From: Antedon mediterranea | Lineage: Eukaryota; Animalia; Echinodermata | Reading direction: 5' to 3' | Length of the DNA: 64,000 bases | Assembly (NCBI RefSeq): GCF_964355755.1 | Contig: NC_092673.1 | Coordinates: forward strand, 16,464,948-16,528,947 | Shown here: one piece after another, positions 36,701 through 51,700 of the stretch | Position numbering within the stretch: the stretch's first letter is position 1 | How the letters are laid out: each line of letters starts with the position of its first letter | Position numbers and translations under genes: made by a program | The notes under the pieces: model-generated | Seen by the model: only the letters and a program-made list of their open reading frames with translations | Told to the model about the DNA's origin: nothing | Database searches by the model: none

Positions 36701-39700
36701 GTAAATTCTGAGAATTTTAAAAAATACTATGACGGTACTGACAAATTTTCCTTGCAACCTGTAAACAACGATATAGTTAAAAAGGAGATCTTGGGTCTCA
36801 GTATAAATAAAAGTACAGGTCTAGATTGCATACCCACACGTTTTTTAAGGGATGCGTCCGAAATTATTGCAACTCCCATAACACGGATTATCAATTTCTC
36901 ATTTGAAACGGAATGTTTTCCAAATGAGATGAAATTGGCTCGTGTTTGACCAATTTACAAGAAAAAAAATAATCTTGAAACTGCTAACTATAGGCCTGTC
37001 AGTATACTGTCGGTGGTGTCAAAAATTGTAGAAAAGATTGTTCACTCACAATTAAATGAGTTTTTGGAAAGGAACAAGCTTTTATATCGTTTTCAGTCTG
37101 GTTTCAGACAGTCCTTTTCAACAGATCACTGTTTAATTCACTTGACAGACTTCATTAAAACTCAAACAGCGAAAGGGAAATTTACTAGTATCTTACTTAT
37201 TGACATCCAAAAAGCTTTTGACTGCGTTATAGTCATGACTTACTTTGTAAGAAACTCAGAAAAATTGGAATCGAATCTGTCAGCTGGTTTAAATCATATC
37301 TGGAATGTAGACATCAAACAGTCAATATATTGGTGGGGCTGTTTCAGAGCCTTCAGAAATTGTATGTGGAGTGCCACAAGGGAGCATCCTGGGACCACTC
37401 CTGTTCCTCATCTACGTCAATGATATGCCTATGTCTGTCTCATCATTGTTAATGCAATATGCTGACGATAGTGCAATTGTCAATGCTCATCATGATCCTG
37501 ATATTATCAGTAAAAATCTTGCTAGGGATCTGTCTAATTGTAATAAATAGTTAATTGACAATAATTTATCACTTCACATGGGAAAAACTGAACTAATGTT
37601 GTTTGGTCCCAGGATGTCTCTCAAGAACTACACAAATTTTAGCGTCCTTTACAATGGCTATACAATTTCTTTGAATAGCTCTATAAAATACCTTGGTATC
37701 GAACTAAGCAATAGGCTTAATAGTGAATTAATTGTCTCAACAATTATTAAGAAAGTTAATGGTCATATTAAATTTGCGTATAGGAATTGTCGTAACTTTG
37801 ATCGCTGTATTCGTAAACTCATAATGGAAGCCCTGGCTCTAAGCCATATAAATTATGCTATATCATCCTGGTACTGGGGTACAACCGCGGATTCCCGTAC
37901 TAAACTTCAAAGAACACAAAATAAAGTAATTAGATTCATCTTAGGGAAACATAATAGATACCATATCACCAAAGACGATTATACTTTTCTTGGTTTATTA
38001 GATGTTAAAACCAGGGCCGAACAAATGACACTACAACACGTACAGACAATATATACAAAAAGTTGTCCAGACTTTATGTTAAATAATTTTAATAGGATAA
38101 ATCATAACCATATGGTACTAGAGGTAAAGATTGTAATTTTATTGTTCCAATGAATAACTATACTGTTAGTAAGACCCTTTTTTTTAATGCAATCACACTG
38201 TGGAACAAATTACCAATAGAATTAACAAATATTTTTACACACAATAGTTTTAAAAGGACTCTTAAGAAATTTTTATTAACAAATATGCAAATTATATAGA
38301 CCTAAAATTATGATTGACTTTTCTTGTAAATAATAGTAGATATTTTTATAATTAATGATTATCAGAATTCGGCATAAATCTAACATGTAATTAAATTAAT
38401 TTCTAATACTGTATAAAATAATAATAGATCCATATTTTTGTATAATTATTCTAATATTGTTTTATTATGTTGGGGACCCCTTTGGAAACAAGCCTCTGGG
38501 CTTAAAGGGCCATCCCCTGCTTTCCATGCTTATTTTCTTGTCTAGTCTTGTATTTTTATATTTAATGTTTCTCTTTTTATTTCATTTACATTATACTGTT
38601 TTATATATTTGTACTGTATTTGGAAAGCAATAAATATTACTTACTTACTATTACTTACTCACCAGTAGCATTGCAAAATAAGGTAATGTACAGGGATTTG
38701 CTAGTGTAATAGGCTAATATTCTATAGATCTGATGTGGTAAACCATTCTATTTTGTTCTGGTTTACCACATTATTTAGCAGTAATTTTTACTGTATTGTC
38801 TCGTATATGGTACATCTGCAGCATTGCAAAATAGGGTAATGTAGGCTTACAAAGAATTGTCAGGACAATTTCACATTTTATTGTTATCATGAGTATTTAT
38901 AAACTTGAACTTCAGTATCAATTAGCCTCCATATTAATCAATAGTATTACTACCTCAACGAGCAGCATTATTTAATCAGACTTACCGATATAGAATTCTC
39001 AAGTAAAAAATGTTTGATTGTTTTCACCTTTTTCTCTTTTTACACATAGCACATTCTAAGAAGTTTGTTTTGATTTTGATATTCATTTATAAGTCAACTA
39101 TAATTGTAATGTGTTGTTGTTTTAATATTTCATTTGTATCTTGATAGTATCCAAATATTATTTGCTTTGAAAGTTTATTGTAAAACTATTTGTTGTTTTA
39201 TATTATGGCTCAAACATTTTAACACATTTACCTACTGTTCCAAAGTAAACTTTTATTCAATTTATCTCTCTCTCTCTCTTCCATCTTTCAATGTTGAAGG
39301 CGGTAGACTATAAACGGCAGCGCTTAAGTTTTGGTTTGGATACAGGAGTTATAGGTGGCGCACTGTACAAGTTGATGTCATTTATTGGCAAATAGTAATT
39401 TCTATTCACGTCCTAATTTACAACCAATGTTAAAAAATAGTAAAGCTACGTGTTATCACATGATGCTCTTTCATCCAATCTCTAGATGGTAAATGTTTGA
39501 GCCATGACTGTATGTATGTGATGCGTATTAAAGTGTGTTATATTGTATATCAATAATTTCTCAAAAACTACTAATAGTAACTAAACCCATTTTTTAATAG
39601 GATGGAAATACACCTGTCTCTGTTTTAGAAAGTAAGAGGTGGATAGGGGACCAGAGAAAAACTGAAATTTTAAACTTCTTTAAAAGTAAGTGAAGTTTTA

Positions 39701-42700
39701 ATTATTAAAATTTTGGAATCAACTAGTTTTCATTACAAACGATAAAGATTTGATTTTTTGTCCCAAATGAAGAAGAATGTCCAGATAAAGAAAATTAACA
39801 TTTATGATATCATTCACAGGTTCAGATGGCAATAGATTAAATAATCCACTGGGATTGTAGTAAACATGGAAGTTGTGATATGTTGCAAGATGTGAAACCT
39901 TATTTTTTATGATTTGAAAATTGCAAATAAATTAGAAAAATTATTTTGCCATTACGATAAAAATACACAAAAATGCAAACTTTAAAATTCCTTTGAATTA
40001 ACAATATTGAATAAATTTGGCCACACTTTTTTTTTTATGGAACGTCATTTTTCACATCAAATCAATCTCTTTATTCATCAATACATCAAAACAATTATAC
40101 ATAAACAAAATAAAGATGTGAAGATGAAAGGGACCTCCAAGAAACCCAAAGGGACTTGTGATAAAAGGCCCACTATAAGCTAGTTACAAAAAAAACATAC
40201 AAGAAATAAATTAATAAAATTAATAAAAATCCTGTATAGACAAATACACGGGATGCGCATTGTTAAGGAATATTTGAACTTTATTAATTGCATATAAATG
40301 TAAATGTAGAATATATTTTTTTTTAAATGTAATCTATTTTATATATAATGGTATTATTTAAAATATGTATTCGCAATCGAGGCAAACAATTTACGATAGG
40401 AGGAGATAAATATTGAATTTAACAAGGCCATATAGATGGCTGCAGTCGCTTGCTCAAGTTAGTGTTTACCAACCGACCGACATAGTGAGTTGTAGAGTGG
40501 CGTTGCACGTGACTAAAAATGTAATTTTCTTGTTAAATCCCATTTTTTGTTTCCACAATGAATGAATTTTCTTCACATACTTTTAAGCCAGCTTAAGAAT
40601 ACTATTTCTCTGTATGTGAAATTAAGCATCATACATAATGTATTTTACCTTGGCTCCTACAATTGTATTATCTTACGACTTACTTCCCATGCAAATAGGC
40701 ACAAAATAATAAGTAATATTTGAGCATAAACGCTTAAATAATTTAAAAAGTTGTTATAAATTAATGAGCTTTCAGTAGAGTACTTACACACAGAATAATA
40801 GAATATTGCATTCATATTTTGTTTCTTTTTCTTCCCAACTTTTTGTTACTTTTTTCTGGGAGCCTAGGCTTAAAGTTTTATACTTTTAAGGTTTCCTTCC
40901 ACACATACTATGTTTTATTAATTATTATCTTACATGTTTATATAATTATTATTATATGTATTTTTAATATGTGTGGAGAATATTTATTTAATATCTATTG
41001 AATATTGCATAAACGAATTGAATTGAATTGCAAATAGTTATCCTTGGCTTGGTGTAGGCCTACTATAAAAGGTTGAGAATACAGAACCAAAACTGATAGT
41101 AATGTATGACAAAGTGAACAAACTTTTATAGTCTAAGGAACTTTCTTAGCCAATACATACAAGATTAAACCATTAGGTAAGAGTTAATTAAAAAATATAT
41201 TTCAAAGACCCATTCCCTACAATTTTCGACGTTTTGTAAAAATAATGCAATATTACTGTACTTTAAAAGCATTAAACCAGGTTATTCCTTGTCTTAGATG
41301 TACGTTTTATGGTAATTTATGATAAAATGAGAGAAACAATGCACTACCTAAGTAGCTCGCAGTTTATTTATTATTATAAAGTTGATTAAAATCATTAATA
41401 AACTTATATTTTTTTTCAACTTTCTGATCGTAACATTTAAAAGGAAATCTATTTTTATCCATTTCAGTGATTTGTAACCAATAACGAAAAATAGAAATAA
41501 AGCAATCAATGTTTAAGGATAGTCTGCCTAATTCTGATTTGACAGCCACGCTGTGCGCTGTTTCCAATGCCTAAAATAAATCTTGAAAAACGTGTCAGTA
41601 AATGATCAATTGGTGATAAATTCGAAAATCCCCATGTCTCACTCCCGTAAATTAAAATTGGTAAACCTTTGTCAAAAATGTGTTTCCATATATTCTCTGG
41701 TAGGTATTTTGTTTTGCTATTAATTGATTGTAAATTGATTGTAAATAGTACGTACGTTATTTGCTTTTTGCCAATTGTGTTCAATTGTGTTATTCCACTG
41801 ACCATTTGAATTGAAAACCACTTCCAAGTAAGTATACGATTTAACAACTTCCATTTTAATGTTTATCTAATACCATTTTTCATATTTTCTTAATTTTTCA
41901 CCTTTTTTAAATACCATTATTTTTTATTTGTGTACATTTACACTAAGACCCCATGTGTCACAAAATATTTCCAATATAATTATTAAATGTTGTAAGCCTT
42001 TACTGTGTCTGCGAATAGTAATAAATCAGCAGCATTATTAGCAGATGGTTTATAAAGCAATCCCCGAATGGTATTTTTTCGTTATTTTGATTTAGCTAGT
42101 AATTCATAAATATATTAAATAGAGATGATGGCAGGGGTGACCCTTGTTGTATTCCAATTGAACATTCAAATAGGAGCATTAATGAGTTTCCTATTTTTAC
42201 ATGCGCTAATAATTGGAAACTAAATAATAATATATATGACGTCATATATATTATTATTTACGACTATTCTTCTTAATTTTAATAATAGAAAATTATGATT
42301 TATACTGTCAAGTGCACGTTTGAGATCAACGAAGCAACCAATTATTCTATCCCTTTTTTTACGTAGATATTTTTGAATTATGCTGTTAAGAATGAAAATA
42401 TTATCTAATATGCGGAATCCCTTGCGAAAACCCGATTTTTCTTGTTAAATAATGTTATTGTTTTCAGTATCGTTAGTTATTCTAGTGTTAAGGATGTTTA
42501 AAAATATTTTGCCAAGAATTGGAATTAGAGAAATGCCCCTACATTAAGTACTAGGCTAGGCTTACCAAATATTTATTTTGTTTTCAAATTTAGCGCCAGC
42601 TGAACCGCCGCTAATAACTAATTGTAATGTATATTCATTACATTGGTAGTGGGCGGGGGGGCGGTGTTCTTCTAAACACCAAGCCCTTCAAAGTATAAAA

Positions 42701-45700
42701 GCTCTACCAAGTGTATAAAGTGTATATTTTACAAAATATTTATATTATACAAACATGTAGAGTGTTCATTGCATTTTATCAATAAATACATTTAGAGCAA
42801 TTATGACACATTGTACATTCTAGGCTGATTTTTATTTTTTTACAATTAATATTTACAAAAGTGTAGCGTACACACATAATGGGGAACTAATGACTGGGGA
42901 CAATGAGCACATTTTCTGAGCGTGCCTTAGTAGGACCAGAAAAACGCCCTTATTGTAAGCCTTTAAAGGTGCAATTCCAGGTCTATATTGACAAAATTGT
43001 TTGACATCAGCCTAAACCATGGCAGGGTTCGAGTTATGACAAACAGGTATAAAAACAAAATTGGTTACTGGTCATAAAACAGAATATAAATAAAAACATT
43101 CAAAAAGTTCAAAGCATATTGAAAACTTACGATAGATGTTTTTAATCGCATTTCCTACTGCCTCATTCTGAATCATACCAGTTATTCATTTCAGGATTAC
43201 TATATTTTCACTTTACCCATTGAAACCATGCTAATCAACCGTATGTTGCTATAATTTCAACGATTTAGATTCAGGATCGCTGTCAAAAAATGTTGCATAA
43301 CGTCTATATGTTTGGATGAGTTTGATTTTTTTTAGGACATAATTTAAATTAATAACTGTAGTTGTAATAACTGTATACATTGTAGTTAAAAATATACATT
43401 GTTATTATAGTATATTCAGAATGAATGATTGCTTGTACACAATCACCCACAAGTGTTTGTAAGGCTTTGTATCACACAGAGCCTTATACAACCTTATACC
43501 ATTGAAAAAAAAAAGCTATGACTTTTAATATAGTGTTTTTTATGAAAATTAAATATGTAATATTTTGGTTTTGTGCATTTTTTTAGATTTACCAAGTACT
43601 GTTGATGAGCAATTTCAAACACAATTTCAGAAACAGACAAGTGATGAACAGAAAACAAAACTTCTTAAGCCAGAGAGTGGTAAGTTTAAGAATAAGAGCT
43701 GCTGTATGTTTTATGATTGTATCTATATATAATTTAACAGAATTGTGATTAAAATGGGATTTCAGTAGAGAGAATTAGACGCTAATGTTATTTAAAAAAT
43801 CATTTCTGAGCGGTACTGTAAAAAGGCGAAAAAGTGTGCAACTGATAACAAATAACAAATGGAGAGATTTTATTTATCATAAATAATAACAGTTGATTGT
43901 TTCCATTTAAAATACTGTAATACTGGAATGAAGCTAGTTTGCAGATTTATGTGGCATGCTTGCTTGATTTTTGCTTGATTGTTGATTTTTAGGTTATATG
44001 CATTATCATGCGATTTAACGAAATCACGTTTGTAATCATATCTTCACAAGCATGAATCACTTTTAAACAAAATTTGGTACTCATAAATTTCAGGTCATTA
44101 TTTCATCATATGACAATACAATTACGTGCGTAGCGCATATAACGCATGCGTACGCGCGCTTAAAATTTCCAAAATTGTCAAAATTTATTTTCGATGAAAT
44201 TAGAGTACGTTTCAGGCAATTTTAAGCATTTAAAAAATTGCCATGAGTGCACAGATTTTTGCACGCGCACTGCTTGTTAAACGTTAATGCACGATTTCTG
44301 TTGTACAACCTTTCTTTAATAATATCATCATATTTTATTCACTTTTCAACTCGAATTTGCGTTTTCTTACGAGCACGTCAAAAGTGACAGGCTACGCACG
44401 TGTAAGTTAACAAAATGGTGAAAATATGCTAAATTAAAAAAAATAATATAGATCGTAAGAATGCTCGGGAACACATATTTTTTATTTCATTTTCTTGAAG
44501 TGTATGTATCATATGTATGATTTATTATGAAATTAAGAGTACAAAAGTTGATAAAGTCATCATTAATTGCATTTTAAAATTTAAAAAATTTATTTCGACA
44601 ATCAAAAATTTATGACATTTTCTTAGGCCGAAATAACAAACTTTAACTTTCTTCCTTCAAAATAAAAGTTCATATATTAAAGGTAAAAGTATATAGTTTG
44701 ACAGTGCATCGTTTTTTTAACATTTTTAAAGATGTCATCATAGTAAAAAATTATAATTCATTGCGGTATGTCGTAATCTATCTGCGCCAAAGTGGTTACT
44801 GCATAGTAAATACACGGAGGAATCTTTCTACAACTTTTAGTCAGTTGTGTATGGCTCGGTGGTCTGTGCTCGTGAAATAAGATTTTTTTTTATTATCCAT
44901 ATTGTTTGTTCAATTTTATTTTTTAGTGTATAGATTATACACATAATTTATCATGAAATCTAGATAAAATGTAAGTAATGTCTTTATTATTATGTAACAA
45001 TGTGATTTATGACATTATACGCAGAGGGATCTTTGATCGGATTGTGATACCGGCTATTGTATTCCCGTTAGCAAGATCCTATATTATAAACTAGATTTGA
45101 ACTCGTCACTTTGACGAGTTAGTTATCCGCACGACAAACGCCACGCGCACGTCATACGTTGGAATTTTGCACACGGAAAAAGATTATGGCTGTCATATTA
45201 TTGATGTTGTGATTCTCTGTGTTTAGAGAAGGATGCTTTAGACCAGTTCCGCCTTATTATTAGCCAATCAAAATCGTATAATTTTTAGAGGGAAAATGTT
45301 ATCCTCCTCTGAAGCCTAAAATTTGCATATCCAGTATAAAAGTAGAATGTAATAGATATTAGAGGAGAAGAGAGAATAAGATCAGAGTAGATAAACGGAA
45401 AGATGATAAAGAGAATATTAAGGCTTGACTGGTAGTGGTAGAAAGATGTATTAATCGAGTTACAAGGAATAAAAGTTCTAGTTGAGTTAAATATACTTTT
45501 TGTATGAGTTATCATTCAGTGACAGTGTACGTCGCGTGGAGTTATATATATACGCCTGAGAAAGCTCGGAACCAACTAAAATAAATTCACTACAATGGCA
45601 TTATGACCTGAATTTAAGAATATTATATGCTGTTAGTGCTGAATTCTGTCAATTTTGTGTCATATAGTATATACAGTGCAAACGGTATAATCTGTATACA

Positions 45701-48700
45701 TGTTACATACAGTGTAGAATAGGTGAAATTACGGGACCCCCCGTTTATTCCTATTTTTAACATGGCGACGGTATCAAAATGAAACACTAAGATAGCAATT
45801 TGAGAAGGAAATTATCTCAGTAACAACATATTAACGTGCAGAAGAAATTTGAATACGTGAAATATTGATGCTTGCTCTTTTAAATGTAATGAATTATGAC
45901 GCAAAAGATGAAAATACAAGTTTTTTTATTTAACTGGCCATATGATGACGTCACAACATCCGATTTGCAACATTTTCTCATGATTTCGTATCTACAATCC
46001 AATAGCTTCCAGAAAACGTTTTAATCGTGATTATCACATTTTATTTGTACGAGCTATAACAGATTAACATTTACTGTAAAGATGAAATTAATGGCACACG
46101 TAATTTAAATGTTTAGGCATGATGACGTCATACAAATTAAAATATTTTTAACTCATGCGAAGGATAGTTGATTGACCTAGACAATATCGAAATCGGGGTG
46201 AAAATGGAAAACGGATAAGTGGAGATGCGCTCTATTAAATGTGATGCGCTATGACAAAAGAGACAAAATCCCTATATTTTATATTCGAGTGGCCATACGA
46301 TGACGTCACATAGTCCAGTTAGCCATATTAATGCATGATCCGATATCTACAACTCATCAACTTCCAGAATATGTAATAACAATAATTTTCACCGTTTAGT
46401 TGAGAAGCTACGACGGTTTAAAAAAATGCATCATTTTGACGAATTTTTGAACTTTTTCATAAAAAACGCGCGCAAATTATCCAATTCGACGTGCTCGTAT
46501 GACGTAATTTTAAGCCGAAATTGTTTAAAATTTGGTAAAAGTACTGAAAAAGGCTGGAAAAACATAAATCATGCGGAAAAAGTATGTTATCAACGCTACG
46601 TGCGCACCGCGCGCGTGGTAATTTTTGACATGCTCAAAATTACATGAAACGCGTAGAAAGTTGATTAGAAATTATTTTTTCGCATTTTAACATTTTAAAC
46701 GAACGTGCGCGCGTAACTTTGTGTAAAACATGTCATTTTTAGTGCACAAAAAGTTAGCGCAAGATATAAATTAAACTTTTGCTGAGTTTCAATTTAAATT
46801 GTTATATGGTTTTCGATCTATGTTAAATACGCGAAATTCATAAAATCGCGCGTAAGTCACTTTGCGCATTTCTGACGTCATTCACAAAAGTGGCTGCACA
46901 ACTTCACGTAAATGCGCACATGTTGACAAAGTTATAAAATGTTAGCTTTACACGTTTTAGAGATAAGCTCTGCACAAAAATGACAGAAAGAAAGAAGAAT
47001 AATACAGAAAAACTAGATTTGAACTCGTCACTTTGACGAGTTCGGGTTATCCGCGCATACGCAACATGCACATACTTTAAACTATATGAACCTCGACAAT
47101 TATTATGCCATCCTATGACATGAAATAAATATGTTTACAGTGCTGAATTGTACCTATTTTGTAGCATACATTATGTTACAGTATTTACAGAATACACTGT
47201 ATGTTATATACAGTGTAGCATAGACGGAATTTCGAGACCTATCTTTTAAATCCAATTATTAACACGATGACATCATCAAATTGACATAAAAATAACACTT
47301 TTAGAAGATAATTATCTAATTAATTACATTAATACAAATTTAAAGAATTTTGGTCACGTAAAAGTGAGATGCGCTCTCGTTTAAACGCAATGAACTTTTA
47401 CGCAAGAGGTGAAAATATGACTTTTTGAATTCAACTGGCCATATGATGACGTCACAACATCTGATTGACAAAATATTCACATGAATTCGTATCTACAATC
47501 CAATAGCTTCAAGAAAACGTTTTAATAATGATTATCACTTATAACTCTGACGAGCTATAACCGATTGAAATTTACTGTAAAGATAAAAATAAGTGACCCA
47601 CGTTATTTACATTTTTAGACATGATGACGTCATAAAAATTAAAATATTTTTAACTCATGCGAGAGGGAGTTGATTGACCTAGACAGTATTAAAATATATG
47701 AGGAAATGGAATACGTATAAGCGATATGCGCTCTATTTAATGTAATGAGCAATAACGAAACAGTAAAAAAACCAATATTTTACATTTGTGTGGCCATACG
47801 ATGACGTCATAACATCCGAGGGGTAAAGATTCTGCATGAATTCATATCTACAACATATCTGCTTACATATTAAATTTTAAAAAATGGGGGTAACGGTTGA
47901 TCCTGAGGAGCTATAATAGATTCAAAGTAGGCATAATTTTGACAATATTTTGTCTTTTTTGCAACTAAAACGCACGCAAATTGTCTAAATCAACGTGTTC
48001 GTATGACGTCATTTTAATTTGAAATGATGTCAATCTTTTTTAAAATGACTAGGAAAGGCTGGAAAATCATAATTCAAGAGAAAAAAACATGATTTTCATG
48101 CACCGTGCGCACCATACGCGTAAATTTTTTCGCACGCGCGGGAATTTTTGACATGCTCAAAATGTCATGATCAGCGTAGAAAGTTGATTAGAAATTAATT
48201 TTGCGCATTTTGAAACTTTAAATGCGCGTGCGCGCGTAACTTCTTGTAAAACATGTCATTTTTAATCCATAGAAAATTGACCCATGATATGAATTATAAT
48301 TTTATTAAGTTTCATGAAACAATATTTGTTGGTTCTAAAGTTATGATCAGTTATAGAAATTCATAAAATCGCGCGTAACTTACGCAACGCGTATCTGACA
48401 TCGTCCAAAAGCTTGGCTGCACATCTACCCTTCAATGTCAATCTTTTTACCAAGTTATACAAAGTTATGTTCACAAGCAATAGAGATATGCTGGTCACAA
48501 AATCCGGGAAAGAAAGAATAACAAAGAAGATGAAAAAAAAGATATTTACAATCACATGGGTTATCCTGCAACTAAGTTGCGGATAACCAAAAAAAAAAAG
48601 ATGAAACAGGACAGTTACAAGGAGTTATCCGCTGAATGCGGATAACTAATAATTAAAGATTCTGAGAAAATCAATCAATCAATATATCTTTTAAAAATCA

Positions 48701-51700
48701 ATTATCTTTATTTAAATCAATGCATATAACCAAATTCTAGTTTTTTTTTAACTTTATTTACTCCAGATGTTTAAAAAATCTATTAAAATCTTGATTCAAT
48801 TTTCAGATATTGCTGCACGTGAATTAGATTTTCAGAAAGCATACAATGAAGCCTTGAAAGATGGATCCGTTCCAGTCAATCTTGGAATGCTTAAAGTGAT
48901 TGGGCAAGAAGGAGTTGGTAAAACATGCCTCATAAATGCATGTCTTGGAAAAGAGTAAGTAGTAGTAGTAGGACAGTGAAATGAACATTACAAAATATTT
49001 GTGAGTCAACTAAGAATTACAAACCAGCCAACTTTTATTGATTTGATTTTGATAAACTACCACTTTTTAAATATTGCAGTGATAGATAACAATAGTTGAA
49101 TAAAAACGTCTATAAATATATAAATCGGTTTCTACAATAATCATAAAACCATCAAATTTTCTATAGAATATAGAATTTGCTTTTAGGCTTGTATTTAAAA
49201 AAAAGATCATACGAATGGTCGGATAACTTGACTTCCTAAATGTATAATTAATGAATATATTAAAATGGTTTTGAAGTAAAAGGAGAAAAGTGCATGTTTT
49301 ACAGTACCTGTACTTAAAATGACTGAAGTTCATTGTTGGTTTCAAATAATTTTGCCAGATTTGAGGAAAAGCATGTACTTACAGATGGCATAGCGGTGAT
49401 AAGAACAGCAAGCACAACATGGACAGAGGCTAAAGCTGATAGTGGTAAACATGAATACAAATTAGCATATTACTCTTCCCATCATCATACGTTATGTAAC
49501 CATATTTATCAATAATTATTATCATAGACACAAACAAGTCCACAATGAAATGGAGACATAGAATGGAATTCAATAAATGTATACAACCGTAGTATGGATT
49601 CAACAGTCATATTTTCACATACATTACAATTGTTACTCTATGATCCCTTTATAACGCACACATTCTTTGATGATGTACTGTAATTGTAATTTTACTTCGA
49701 CAGTAGTAAAATATCCAAAGTATAGTCACATATGAACGTATGTGCTGAAATAATATGTACACACTTTCTCTTTCTCTACAGGTGATCCTTCAAAACAGTA
49801 TACGAAAATGGTCACTGACAAATTGAGAGCAAAGGAAACTGTAAGCGTATGTCAGTAATAATAGGGTGGTTTCGCAACCATACGAATACGATAACGAAAA
49901 CGGATACGTCACACATTTGTGAAACTTTTGAGCTGATCCCCATTTCATATTCGTAAGGCGTATTTGTGTTGACGAATATCACCAGTCATATTCGTAACTC
50001 CAAAACGAGTATAGTTTTTGATCTATTTTGCACATTTTGCATTTGAATTAGGAATGATTCATGATTATTATATAATTATGGATTTATTGAAAGTAATTTA
50101 CTAAAGTAATTCACTAAAATGCCAGGTCAATTTAGATAAATAGCAGTTTTTAAAGTCCTCACTCGCTTTGATGTTACGCTAGGCCTAGGCAGCTGGCCAA
50201 GCACCAAGCAACACATACCTGCGCTTCGCTCAAATTTACCGCAGTCATATTTTAGACGCGCCTCGATATTTCGTTGCCATGCGAAACAGATTTTTCTATG
50301 GCTTACGAAAACGAATACGTGTGCGTGACGTATCCGTTTTCGTTATCGTATTCGTAAGATTGCGAAACCTCTCTATTGAATTAAGTAGCACCTACAGGAC
50401 TATTGCAAACCAGTCACTTAGGCTTTCTTTCTAAATGAATCAATGAGGCATTATGAGTGGCTATTTCATTTTTTTGCTTCAATCCTTTTAAAATTTACTC
50501 TAAAAATTAATTTGGTTTTGATTTTGAGAGTAAATAATATTAGTTTTCTCTTATATTAAATTGTAAACAATACTGTATTTAACTTTGAATAAACATTTGT
50601 TTCTTTTTTATATCCATATATTGTTTTTGTTTTATGTGTCAGACACCACCTATAGATGATAATAATGACAACAATGATGATTACAAAACTGATGACAACA
50701 ATGATGACAAAAATGATGACAACAATGATGACAACAATGATCGTATGTAACTTTCCCTTAAATTTTAATTATTTTTACATTTTTGTAGTAAAAGCATTAA
50801 TAAATAAGTTGCAATTATCAGTTTGCAATTTCTGTCATATTAAACATCTATTGTCCCCAAAAAACATGAAAAATAAAGATTATTAAAATCAGACTTTGAA
50901 TAGATTATTTTGTAGTCAATCACTTCTGTAGAAAAAAAGGAAACACATATAAAATAACAAAAAATAAATGGTTAAATTCAAGCAAAAACCCATTGGCTGG
51001 CAGTCAATTTGACTATTTTTTGCTTAAAATTACAGTTTTTTAGGTAAATACATTTTTTTTCAATCCAATTTTTGGTCAAAGTGGATAACTATTAGGTGAC
51101 ATTAAAATTGCATATTTAAACAAATATTGTAAGAATTATTTTTTCAAGGGGACATATTTAAGTTCATAGTTATTTAAAATAATAAGATTATTAATTAGAT
51201 TTTCCAATTTAATGTAACTAAAGAAGTATAAAATTATGTTATCAGATTTATAACTTAGAGGCAACCTATCTGTGTAACAATTATGGTGACGGTAATTTAG
51301 AGAAAACATGGCAGCGGCCATCCCACTGCTAGACAGTCCACAGACGCTGTACATGCAGGCTTGATGGGCATGTTTCTTTGTTAGCAAAGTTAAACAAAGA
51401 TGAACTAAAACACTTATTAAAACCTTAAAAGGGGCTTACAAAGATGCTTATTTTTTTGTATGAATCTAGAAGAATCAAAGTGAATTCACAGTCTACACCT
51501 ACTATATAATATACATATACTAGCTTATACAAATGTGCAGTTAATAGTTTGTATATATTACTGTATCCTTTCACATCTACCGTCCCCTTTCGCTTACCGT
51601 CCCGATGCAAAAGCTCACTAATGATGATAATGAGGACAACTATACTCATAGTAATGACTTTTTAACTGACTCATTAACTATGATGATTATAGATGATTAT

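Larger units (their letters stand above)
45091..48647 (-). mobile_element. Helentron-like element (outer copy)
   Basis: CTAG, hairpin AACTCGTCA-CTT-TGACGAGTT and AGTTATCCGC at 45091; palindrome AGTTATCCGC-TGAAT-GCGGATAACT ending 48647. Homologous to 32749-33910. Confidence 0.8.

Noticed and set aside
28816-38659. Diversity-generating retroelement (variable repeats next to an RT)
   Set aside because: The RT belongs to an ordinary decayed LINE that disrupts an exon. Changes are not adenine-specific and include indels.
44927-44971. Possible micro-exon ending AAAAT|GTAAGT
   Set aside because: Both candidate acceptors give a stop in the required phase, and the model is consistent without it.
48767-48806. 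ORF-track start MFKKSIK and upstream acceptor CTCCAG
   Set aside because: Gives an immediate stop in phase 1; the acceptor at 48806 keeps the frame.
50656-50886. Met/Thr-rich ORF MIIMTTMM...
   Set aside because: Alternative frame of the DDNN exon running into intron.
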